Shown: positions 1-7,726 of the stretch, piece by piece | Layout: every line of letters starts with the position of its first letter | Numbering within the stretch: the first letter of the stretch is position 1 | NCBI GenBank assembly: GCA_963817465.1 | Contig: CAWFOP010000007.1 | Location: 302,856 to 366,855 of the forward strand | Origin: an uncultured Acidobacteriota bacterium | GTDB taxonomy: Bacteria > Acidobacteriota > Terriglobia > Bryobacterales > UBA6623 | Reading direction: 5' to 3' | DNA length: 64,000 nucleotides | The notes under the pieces: model-generated | What the model saw: only the letters and a program-made list of their open reading frames with translations | Database searches by the model: none | Told to the model about the DNA's origin: nothing | Translations under genes and position numbers: made by a program

Positions 1-1391
1 CCGGAAGAGAACACGATGCGTTCGCCGTCCGGGCTCCAGGCGCCGCCAACGAATGCGTTCCCGGCGCCGCCCGTCAACGCGCAGAGCGTGGTCGGATCGC
101 CGCCCTCGATGGAGATTTTCTTCAATTCCATCCCCGCGCGAAATCCAATTGACCGGCTGTCCGGAGACCAGAAGGCCCTCCCCCGCGCCCCGGCGGTGCC
201 CAACACTTCGCGCGCGGACTCATCCCCGAGAGGACGCAGCCGGATGCTGCTTTGTGGAGGGACGCCGACGGTGTAGAGGATGAACCTTCCGTCCGGAGAG
301 ATGACCGCAGAATTCGTCGAGAGGTCGTCAGGAGCGAAGGAGAAGCGCCGTAGCGGCGCGGGCGTCGGCGCTTGCCCGAAGTATGCGAATGAGAGCGCGA
401 GCAACGCAACGGCGAGCACGCCCGCCAGAGCGTACACCGCCTGCAACCTACGTCTACCCACTAGCACTGCATCCGGCGGCAAGGTCGCGGCCGGGTGGAG
501 CGTGTGAGCTGCTGTCATCGTCGCCGGGACGCCGACGGTGAGGTTCGCCGTCCGCAGGATCGTCGAGCGGCCGGACTTGAGCTTTTCGGCGAGAGTGCGC
601 AGATCGACGGCGATCTCGCCGGCGTGCTGGTAGCGGTCGGCCGCGTCTTTCGCCAGGCACTTGCCGACCATGAACTCGAGTTCCATCGGCACGCCGGCGC
701 GGACGGACGTGAGCGGCTCGGGCTCCTGTTGCACGATCTCGTAGAGCAGCGCTTGGTCGTAGGCGCCTTTGAACGCCCGCGCGCCCGCCACCATCTCATA
801 GACCACGCAACCGAGCGCCCACAGATCCGAGCGGTGGTCGACCTCGCCGCCTTGCGCCTGCTCCGGCGACATATAGGCGACCGTCCCCACCGTCTGCTCG
901 GCCTTGGTCAGCCGCGAAGCCTCGGTCAGCCGCGCGAGGCCGAAGTCCATGATGGTCGCGCGGCCTTCAGGCGAAAGCAGGATATTCGCCGGCTTGACGT
1001 CCCGGTGGACGATGCCCTCGGCGTGCGCCGCCTGCAAGCCTTCGGAGACCTGCCTGCCGATGTCGAGCGCATCCTTGAGCGGCAGCGGGCCCTTGGCGAT
1101 GCGCTCTTCGAGCGTTTCGCCTTTGACGAACTCCATCGAGATGAAGGTCTTGCCGTCGATGTCGTCAATCTCGTAGACGTGACAGATGTTGGGATGGCTC
1201 AACGCGGCTGCGGCCTTGGCTTCGCGCAGGAAGCGCTGCTTCGCTTCCTCGTCGTTGAGCAGGTGTGCGGCGAGAAACTTCAGTGCGACGGACCGGTCGA
1301 GCTTCGTATCCTCAGCCTTGTAGACCACGCCCATGCCACCCTCGCCGAGCTTCTCGAGGATCTTGTAGCGGCTGATGACTGAGCCGATCAC
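1..1391 (-). CDS. Ser/Thr protein kinase with one TM segment and C-terminal PD40/TolB-like repeats; 3' end runs off the window
   Basis: Absent from the ORF track because no stop falls in the window. Reverse translation from GTG 1391 gives YKILEKLGEGGMGVVYKAEDTKLDRSVALKFL (Gly loop, VAxK), GIVHRDVKPANILL, MDFGLA and GTVAYMSPEQ. A hydrophobic AVYALAGVLAVALLALSFAYF follows, then WSPDS/WSPDG repeats. The frame is open to base 1. The + ORF 495..1382 is its antisense shadow. Confidence 0.85.
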   Translation of the reverse strand, partial: MIGSVISRYKILEKLGEGGMGVVYKAEDTKLDRSVALKFLAAHLLNDEEAKQRFLREAKAAAALSHPNICHVYEIDDIDGKTFISMEFVKGETLEERIAKGPLPLKDALDIGRQVSEGLQAAHAEGIVHRDVKPANILLSPEGRATIMDFGLARLTEASRLTKAEQTVGTVAYMSPEQAQGGEVDHRSDLWALGCVVYEMVAGARAFKGAYDQALLYEIVQQEPEPLTSVRAGVPMELEFMVGKCLAKDAADRYQHAGEIAVDLRTLAEKLKSGRSTILRTANLTVGVPATMTAAHTLHPAATLPPDAVLVGRRRLQAVYALAGVLAVALLALSFAYFGQAPTPAPLRRFSFAPDDLSTNSAVISPDGRFILYTVGVPPQSSIRLRPLGDESAREVLGTAGARGRAFWSPDSRSIGFRAGMELKKISIEGGDPTTLCALTGGAGNAFVGGAWSPDGERIVFSS

Positions 1392-1473
1392 GACGGCAAT
1401 TGTAGCTCCCTTACGACGCTGAAAGGACGGGGGTTATGGGATCTTCCAAATTTCCCGCCGATCCGAGTCGCGG

Positions 1474-3192
1474 CTAGCGCGCGGCGGCGCTCGCTTTGGG
1501 CTGCGGCGGGGCGTGCGGGATGTCTTTCACGGGCGCATCGAGCGTACCGTAGCGGCCGGTGAGGCGGTCGCGCACGATCAGGCGCACGGCGGAGGCGCCG
1601 GGCGCCAACTCCCAACTGTGGCGAACCTGCACCACGCCGACGTCGCCGGCTTCTCCCTCGGGAAACGGAATCTCCGTCTGATCGCGCTGCATCCGGAACT
1701 GCGCGTTCGGCAGCTTGTCGACGATAGCCACGTCCGCCGCGGCGGACGATCGTCCATCGACTTGGCGGAAATGAAGATCATCCGTCACAATTTGCATCAC
1801 CATGCTGACGGTCTTGGAGTCGGCGGCGTCGTTGATTTGGAACCGCGCATCGAGGCGTACGGCCGTCGATCCGACCGGATTGTAAACGGCGGCGCGCCAC
1901 TGGTCGTCAGTCCACTCCAGCGGCGCATCCGGCGGCGCTTCCGACAAATATCCGTCGCGATACTTGAGTTTGACGCCCTTGCGCGTGACGCTGACCTTGA
2001 GGCCGTGCCACTTGTCGTCGGGCTCGCCGTCGGCGTAGAAGCCGAGCGAGTAAGCGCCTTCGGAATCGGCGGCGATCTCGTCCACGGCGCGACCCACGTC
2101 GTTGGTGTTCCAGAAAAACCGCCCGCCGGTGATGTCGGCGAACTCGGCCATCGCCGGCGTCGTATCCGCGCTAACCGTCGCGTTCGCCTTCAGTCGCTCA
2201 TAGCGAGAGATCCCGCCCACGCTGCTCGGGTCCGCGCGACTCCTCTCGACCGACATGTCGGCCTGCCCTTGCATGCCGCGCGCGTCGAACATGTACATCG
2301 TGACGCCCTGCTGCGCCAGGCGACGCGAAGTGTTGCGCACCAAATCCTCGTAGGATTTGTTGCTGGCCGGCGTGTCGAATTCCAGCGATCCGGTGATCGA
2401 CAGCATCGAGATGCCGCTGCCGAACCACACGATGCTCTTGCGTCCCGGGATGCCGGCCAGGTGATCGCCGAGAGCCTCGAGCAAACCCAGGGTTGTGCGC
2501 GTGCGCTGCTCGTCGGCCGATTCGTGGGCGCGCCTCTCGACTTGGAGCAGCCGGGCGACCATCTCGGGATGTCCCGGATTCTCATCCGTCAGCTTTTGGA
2601 TCAAAGTCTCCATCTCACGGGCCATATCGTCGATGTGTCCGAGCGTCGGCCCGGCTTGTTTGACGCGCGCCCGCTCCAGGAACGCCCGCAGAGATTCGGC
2701 GTCGTCGGTGAAATCATGCAGCACGGTCAAGTCTTGTCCCAACAGATAGACGGCGACGCGCGTGTTGGGAAGAAGCGTGCTCAGGTAGCGCATCGTTTGC
2801 GCCTTCACCCAGATCCAGTCCTTGGGCTGCGTGTTGAGGGTGTCGAGCACGATGGCGGTGATGTTGCGCGGCGGCCCGGGCGTCAGACCGGGAGTATTGG
2901 TGAAAATGCCCGGCGGCGGCTTCGGCGCGGTTCGGCTCTGCTCGCCGCCCTCGTACCGGAACACGGCAAGGTTGCGAGGTTGTCCTTTGTCCTTGACGAC
3001 GATCTCGTCTTTTTTGAGGTCGGTGACCGGGTTTCCGTCCTCATCGAGGGCAACGAGGGTGAATTCGATCAGCGTGGTTCGCGTGCGAAAGACCGGCGGC
3101 TGATCCTGCGCGGCCGTCGGGAGGGCGCTCCACAACAGGCAATTCGCCAGGGCCAGCGCTAGCGCGGCCGCGCGACGTTGGGCCACCGACAT
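1474..3192 (-). CDS. secreted VWA-domain protein (VWFA-related acidobacterial domain type)
   Basis: 572 aa ORF with a signal peptide (MSVAQRRAAALALALANCLLWSALPTAAQ). The N-terminus FRTRTTLIEFTLVALDEDGNPVTDLKKDEIVVKDKGQPR is typical of this acidobacterial family, followed by a VWA-like core. The call rests on family recall. Confidence 0.7.
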   Translation of the reverse strand: MSVAQRRAAALALALANCLLWSALPTAAQDQPPVFRTRTTLIEFTLVALDEDGNPVTDLKKDEIVVKDKGQPRNLAVFRYEGGEQSRTAPKPPPGIFTNTPGLTPGPPRNITAIVLDTLNTQPKDWIWVKAQTMRYLSTLLPNTRVAVYLLGQDLTVLHDFTDDAESLRAFLERARVKQAGPTLGHIDDMAREMETLIQKLTDENPGHPEMVARLLQVERRAHESADEQRTRTTLGLLEALGDHLAGIPGRKSIVWFGSGISMLSITGSLEFDTPASNKSYEDLVRNTSRRLAQQGVTMYMFDARGMQGQADMSVERSRADPSSVGGISRYERLKANATVSADTTPAMAEFADITGGRFFWNTNDVGRAVDEIAADSEGAYSLGFYADGEPDDKWHGLKVSVTRKGVKLKYRDGYLSEAPPDAPLEWTDDQWRAAVYNPVGSTAVRLDARFQINDAADSKTVSMVMQIVTDDLHFRQVDGRSSAAADVAIVDKLPNAQFRMQRDQTEIPFPEGEAGDVGVVQVRHSWELAPGASAVRLIVRDRLTGRYGTLDAPVKDIPHAPPQPKASAAAR

Positions 3193-3381
3193 GCCGAGAG
3201 CATGATACCAGCCCGAGTTCCGGTCCCAGCGAGCCGGCCGAGCGCCTCCCTTCGTACAACTATCCGGCCGATCCGAGCCGCGAAGCTTCAGCCCGCGGGC
3301 CGATGGGCCGCACGCTCAAGCGGTGCGGTTCGGAACGCGAACAGAAAGATTGTTTGAATCCTCAGCGGTCTTGCGTCGTGC

Positions 3382-4164
3382 TTGTCGCTTCTCGACAATC
3401 AAGGTCTGCCGCTGCCGCGTTTGCATTTGTTCGAATTCGGAGACCAGCCTTGGTTTCCCGCGTTGTGGCGCAACTTCATGACGGACTATCTGCGCTACGT
3501 CGAGGAGAAGTTCAAGCTGCATGCGCTCTTTCTCGAACCTCTGACGGCGGCGCTCGAGCGTTCCGGAGCGAGCCGCGTCGTTGACCTTTGTTCCGGTTCG
3601 GGCGGGCCCTTGGCGGTCGTCTTGCGGGATTGGGAGGCGCAAGGCCGGCGCATCGAAGCTGTGTTCACGGATCTGTATCCGCACGCCGCCTCCGATCCGA
3701 GGTACTATCACGAGCCCGTGGACGCCCGCGCCGTTCCTCCACAATTGACGGGCTTGCGGACGATCTTCAACGGCTTTCATCACTTCCGCCCGGACGATGC
3801 GAAGAGGGTGCTCGCCGATGCCGTCCAAGCAGGTCAGCCGATCGCCGTTTTCGAGGTTGCGGATCGCTCGGCGGCGGCGATCGCCCCGCTAATCCTCGTG
3901 CCGGTCTTCGTGCTTGTCCTGACGCCGTTCATCCGTCCCTTCCGTTGGTCGCGGCTGTTTTGGACTTACTTGATCCCGGTGATGCCGCCGGCGATCTTGT
4001 GGGACGGCGTTGTTTCGTATTTGCGGGCCTATACGCCCGATGAGCTGCTTGCGCTGGCCCGCGCCGTCGAGCCGCGACGTTATCTTTGGGAGGCGGGCCA
4101 CACCAAAGCGCCGCAGGGGCCGGGGCGTGCGACGTATCTCACGGGGATGCGACGGCCGGATTGA
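3382..4164 (+). CDS. class I SAM-dependent methyltransferase-like protein with C-terminal hydrophobic segments
   Basis: VVDLCSGSGGP matches SAM-binding motif I. The C-terminal part (IAPLILVPVFVLVLTPFIRPF...LIPVMPPAILW) is hydrophobic. The TTG start is uncertain. Confidence 0.5.
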   Translation: MSLLDNQGLPLPRLHLFEFGDQPWFPALWRNFMTDYLRYVEEKFKLHALFLEPLTAALERSGASRVVDLCSGSGGPLAVVLRDWEAQGRRIEAVFTDLYPHAASDPRYYHEPVDARAVPPQLTGLRTIFNGFHHFRPDDAKRVLADAVQAGQPIAVFEVADRSAAAIAPLILVPVFVLVLTPFIRPFRWSRLFWTYLIPVMPPAILWDGVVSYLRAYTPDELLALARAVEPRRYLWEAGHTKAPQGPGRATYLTGMRRPD

Positions 4165-4224
4165 GCGGCGTCCGCTAAGCGGCGAGCGTTCGAATTCCGG
4201 ATTGCGCAGCGCTCATCATATGCC

Positions 4225-4256
4225 TTGACAAGTATATACTCCTGCGGGGTATATCA
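4225..4256 (+). promoter_or_regulatory. putative arsR promoter/operator: TTGACA box plus palindromic TATA-rich operator abutting the start codon
   Basis: TTGACA at 4225-4230. AGTATATACT (4231-4240) is a perfect 10-bp palindrome. ATATAC (4234-4239) is repeated inverted as GTATAT (4249-4254), 3 nt before ATG 4257. No Shine-Dalgarno sequence is visible. Confidence 0.3.
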
Positions 4257-4607
4257 ATGAGAGTGGAATCTGTGTTCGAGATCATTGCGGAGCCCAACCG
4301 CCGCGCGATATTGAGCCTGCTGGTCTCGTCCCAACAGTCGGTCGGCGAGATCGAGCGTCGGCTTGGCATGCCGCAGCCGACCGTGTCAAAGCATCTGCGA
4401 GTGCTGCGCGATGCCGGTTTCGTGGAATCCACGGTGGACGCGCAGCGCCGCCTCTACCGGCTCAAACCCGAACCGCTTCGGGAGGTGGATGCTTGGCTGG
4501 CTCCGTTCCGCCGCTTCTGGTCCGCGCACGTCGACGCTCTCGAACGCCACCTCGACCGTATGGATCAACCGACGCCGCCGAAAAGGAAGACAAGGAAAAG
4601 GGGATGA
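4257..4607 (+). CDS. ArsR/SmtB-family transcriptional regulator
   Basis: FEIIAEPNRRAILSLL...SVGEIERRLGMPQPTVSKHLRVLRDAGFV is the canonical ArsR winged-HTH signature. Confidence 0.9.
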   Translation: MRVESVFEIIAEPNRRAILSLLVSSQQSVGEIERRLGMPQPTVSKHLRVLRDAGFVESTVDAQRRLYRLKPEPLREVDAWLAPFRRFWSAHVDALERHLDRMDQPTPPKRKTRKRG

Positions 4608-4988
4608 CAAAGAAGGCTCCGAAGACCGCGAAACCGCCCGCGAAAAAGGCCGACGGCGAGGCCGCGGTGCTCGCGAAGATCGCGGCGATGCCGGCCGCCC
4701 TACCGCGCCATGGGCGAGCGCCTCCACGCGCTCATCTTGCGCAGCGCGCCGGCGCTCCAGCCGCGGGTGTGGTACGGCATGCCGGGGTACGCGAAGACGA
4801 AGGACAGCCCGGTCATCTGCTTCTTTCGCGCGGACGAATACATGACGTTCGGCCTCACCGAGAAGGCGAACTTTTCCCGCGAGGAGGGCGCGCCGCACCA
4901 GCTCCTCGAGTCCGCGTGGTTCTTCACTGCGCTGGATGACGCGACCGAGGCAAAGCTCGCCGCCATCGTACGCAAGGCGGCGAGCTGA
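4604..4988 (+). pseudogene. DUF1801 (YdhG-like) protein, reading frame broken near 4694-4700 (or assembly indel)
   Basis: ATG 4604 overlaps the arsR stop (ATGA). Frame 2 reads MTKKAPKTAKPPAKKADGEAAVLAKIAAMPAA... Frame 0 (track ORF 4710..4988) reads MGERLHALILRSAPALQPRVWYGMPGYAK... Removing one C in gccgccc gives a continuous ..AAMPAPYRAMGERLH.. Confidence 0.6.
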
Positions 4989-5002
4989 CCAGGAGAAAAC
5001 GG

Positions 5003-5573
5003 ATGGACGATCGCGAGCAGTACGAACCGGGTCCGGCCGACGGCGCGCGGATACAAAAGGACGGAGAGAAGTGGACGCTCATCCTCGTCAGAGAACTGCG
5101 CCACCCGCCCGAGAAAGTCTGGCAGGCGCTTACCGACCCAGCGCATCTGCGCGAATGGGCGCCCTTCGACGCCGACGCGAGCCTGGGTACGGTTGGGGCC
5201 ACGGTGAAGCTCACCACGGTGGGAGCGCCCACGCCGCATGTTTCCGAAACCAGCCGTGAAGCGGGCCGACGCTCCGCGGCTGCTCGAATATAGCTGGGGC
5301 GGGGGGGATCTCCGGTGGGAGCTCGAGCCGCTCGGCGGCGGCACGCGCCTCACGCTGTGGCACAACATCGATCGCCGCTTCATCTCAATGGGCGCCGCCG
5401 GGTGGCACATTTGTTTCGATGTTCTGGATCACCTTCTCAGCGGAGCTCCCATCGGCCGCATCGTCGGCCCCGACGCCATGAAGTTCGGCGGCTGGCGGCG
5501 ATTGAACGCCGGGTACGCAAAGCAGTTCGGCGTTGAACCCCGAGTTGGCCGCCCAACGCCCCGAAGACGTTGA
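5003..5573 (+). pseudogene. SRPBCC/AHSA1-family protein, reading frame broken near 5246-5256 (or assembly indel)
   Basis: ORF 5003..5293 (..LVRELRHPPEKVWQALTDPAHLREWAPFD..VKLTTVGAPTPHVSET) and ORF 5238..5573 (..VKRADAPRLLEYSWGGGDLRWELEPLGGGTRLTLWH..) are consecutive parts of a single SRPBCC domain, lying in frames 2 and 0. Confidence 0.6.
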
Positions 5574-5591
5574 AGCGGGAGGAAGAACCCC

Positions 5592-6026
5592 ATGGAATCG
5601 ACCCTGCGGAAGCCGGCCTTCGTCGCCGCCAAGGACAAGACCATCGCCTATTGGGCCTATTGGGTCGTCACCGCGCTCTTTTGCTTGCAGATGAGCTTCA
5701 CCGCCTACGCGCAATTGCGCCTGCCGCAGGTGGCGGAGGCGTTCGCCCACCTCGGTTTCCCCGACTACTTCCGGGTGGAGCTGTCGTGGGCCAAGCTCGT
5801 CGGCGTGGCGCTGCTGCTTACGCCTGTGCCGGCGCGGCTCAAGGAGTGGGCTTACGCCGGCTTCGCCATCGACCTCGCCTCGGCGATCATCGCCCATCTC
5901 GCGGTGGGCGACGGCCCGGAGGCATGGGGCTGGGCGGCGGCCACCGGCGTGCTCTGGGGACTCTCGTACTTGTTCCGGCGCCGCCTGCAAGCGCCGGCTG
6001 TTTCGGTAGGTAATAGGAGGCTGTAT
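5592..6026 (+). CDS. DoxX-like membrane protein; no in-frame stop, reads through into the next domain
   Basis: Four hydrophobic segments (AYWAYWVVTALFCLQMSF.., LVGVALLLTPVP.., AGFAIDLASAIIAHL.., AATGVLWGLSYLF). TAG, TAA and TAG at 6007-6016 lie in the other two frames. Confidence 0.55.
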
Positions 6027-6455
6027 ATGAAAAGGTCCGTGCCGGCGGAATCCGCCTCCGCGCTCATCGACGAGAGGATCAAAGAGCTCGGCGACTGGCG
6101 CGGGAAGACGCTCGCGAAAGTTCGCGAAATCATCCACCAGGCGGACCCTGAGATCGTCGAGGAGTGGAAGTGGAGAGGGACGCCCGTTTGGTCCCACGGC
6201 GGCATCGTCTGCACGGGAGAGACGTATAAGCAGGTCGTCAAGATGACGTTCGCCAAGGGAGCTGCCTTGCAGGACCCGGCGGGTCTATTCAACTCCAGCC
6301 TCGAGGGGAACGTCAGGCGCGCGATCGACATCCACGAAGGCGAGGAAATCGATGAGGCGGCCTTGAAGGATCTCATCCGCGCGGCGGCGGCGCTCAATCT
6401 CGAGGGCAAGAGCAAGCCGAAGCCCCGGCGCGCGAGCGGCAAGCGCGCCGAATAG
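6027..6455 (+). CDS. DUF1801 (YdhG-like) domain protein, second copy in the cluster
   Basis: AGGAGG at 6015-6020 sits 6 nt before ATG 6027. The sequence IDERIKELGDWRGKTLAKVREIIHQADPEIVEEWKWRGTPVWSHGGIVCTGETYKQVVKMTFAKGA is typical of DUF1801. Confidence 0.7.
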   Translation: MKRSVPAESASALIDERIKELGDWRGKTLAKVREIIHQADPEIVEEWKWRGTPVWSHGGIVCTGETYKQVVKMTFAKGAALQDPAGLFNSSLEGNVRRAIDIHEGEEIDEAALKDLIRAAAALNLEGKSKPKPRRASGKRAE

Positions 6456-6649
6456 CTTCATCAACAGGGTGAGACGCGCAGCCGTGAGCGAATTGCGATT
6501 CGCGAAGCGAGAGCCGCGCCCGGTTGGGCGACATGGCGGGGCCAATCGGGGAGCTCATCGGGACTTCCTGACAACTATCGCTTTGGCGTGCCCTGTCGGA
6601 ATCGTCGCCGGACCCGGCAGCGTAGATCCGGTCTCAGCCGCATACAATC

Positions 6650-6685
6650 AAAACGTGCAAAACGCGCAAAACGCGCAAAACGCGC
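6650..6685. repeat. 4 x 9-bp tandem repeat AAAACG(T/C)GC
   Basis: Read directly: aaaacgtgc aaaacgcgc aaaacgcgc aaaacgcgc. Intergenic, about 55 nt upstream of the DAC-domain gene. Confidence 0.9.
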
Positions 6686-6739
6686 CGGCGAGCCGGCGGA
6701 GAAGCCGGCAGGGGTTGAGCATACAAGGAGCAGGCGGTC

Positions 6740-7615
6740 TTGACCCAGAGGAAGCACAAGGAAACCCACGAGTTGGTGGTGAGCGCATTCGCGCTGGCGC
6801 GCTCGCTCGGGATCAAGACGCTCGTGGTTCAGGCTGGTGAGATCAATGACGTGCGCTTGGTCAAAGGGCTGCGCGCCGATGAGCGAGTCATTTGGCTCGC
6901 CCGCGACCGGAAGCAGATCCCGCACTTTGATCCCTCCAAAGATATCGTGTTGGACATGCCGGACGCCGCATTGAACCGGCTCAGCCAGCTCAACCTCGCT
7001 TTGTTCCTCGCTGCTCTAAACCGTCACTTCGGGCTCGAAGAGCGGGTCCTTGGGCTATCGGGAGTCACCGGCTCAAAACGATTGGACACCTTGATCATCG
7101 CCAAGCCGGGGCGCGACTATCCGTGGCTGCAGCATCACAAAAGCGAAGTCGCCATCACCCGGCACCTCGCCAAGCTATTGGAGATCGCGCTGCGCTTCGC
7201 TCGAGAGGGCCGCGAGGGCTCAGCTATTGGGACGATTTTCGTGCTCGGCGCCGGCAAGCAGCTAGCGCCCTACTTACGCCAACTGATTTTGAACCCGCTG
7301 AAGGGGCACTCGCGGGACAAGCGCAGCATTCACGATCCGGAGTTCGTCGAGACGCTGCGCGAGTTGGCCGCAATGGATGGCGGATTCGTCGTAAACCGGC
7401 GCGGCGTCGTGGATTCAGCATGCACGTATCTGAACGCGCCCGTCGGAGCGGGACGACTGGGACCCGGTCTCGGTTCCCGTCACGCCTCGGCGCTTGCTAT
7501 AACAACCGTCACCGACGCCACCGCTGTCGTGGTCTCGAGTTCCTCCGGCACTGTTTCGGTCTACGACCACGGCCAGACTGTCCTCGAGCTCGAGCGAACT
7601 AACTTGGCGGGATGA
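6740..7615 (+). CDS. DAC (diadenylate cyclase) domain protein with an N-terminal non-membrane domain (CdaZ/DacZ-like architecture)
   Basis: The C-terminal half reads GTIFVLG..(45 aa)..MDGGFVVNRRGVVDSACTYL..GLGSRHASALAITTVTDATAVVVSSSSGTVSVY, which matches the DAC core layout (DGA and RHR positions read DGG and RHA). TTG start. Confidence 0.65.
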   Translation: MTQRKHKETHELVVSAFALARSLGIKTLVVQAGEINDVRLVKGLRADERVIWLARDRKQIPHFDPSKDIVLDMPDAALNRLSQLNLALFLAALNRHFGLEERVLGLSGVTGSKRLDTLIIAKPGRDYPWLQHHKSEVAITRHLAKLLEIALRFAREGREGSAIGTIFVLGAGKQLAPYLRQLILNPLKGHSRDKRSIHDPEFVETLRELAAMDGGFVVNRRGVVDSACTYLNAPVGAGRLGPGLGSRHASALAITTVTDATAVVVSSSSGTVSVYDHGQTVLELERTNLAG

Positions 7616-7632
7616 GAAGGCTTCACGGCCGC

Positions 7633-7706
7633 AAAAAAACGCTTGCGCATCACCCCAGCGCCCACCCGCTCTTTCGAGCGACAGCCGCGGCGGCAATGCG
7701 CAAGCG
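7633..7706 (-). terminator. putative intrinsic terminator of the SYLF-OmpA transcription unit
   Basis: On the minus strand, CGCTTGCGCAT...ATGCGCAAGCG forms an 11-bp stem (7696-7706 and 7640-7650). The 45-nt loop holds an inner hairpin, cgctc-gaaa-gagcg. A T7 run follows (7633-7639). Confidence 0.45.
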
Positions 7707-7726
7707 CCTCCCCACATCGAAAAGTC

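Noticed and set aside
495-1382. 295-aa + strand ORF
   Set aside because: It is the antisense shadow of the Ser/Thr kinase gene. The translation is Arg/Ala/Leu/Asp-rich with no motifs, whereas the minus strand carries complete kinase subdomains.
1513-3162. 549-aa + strand ORF
   Set aside because: It lies opposite the VWA-domain gene. The composition is typical of a high-GC antisense frame, with no recognizable domain.
6650-6685. Checked whether the short repeats could be a CRISPR array
   Set aside because: The units are 9 bp, directly abutting without spacers. There are no cas genes in the window.
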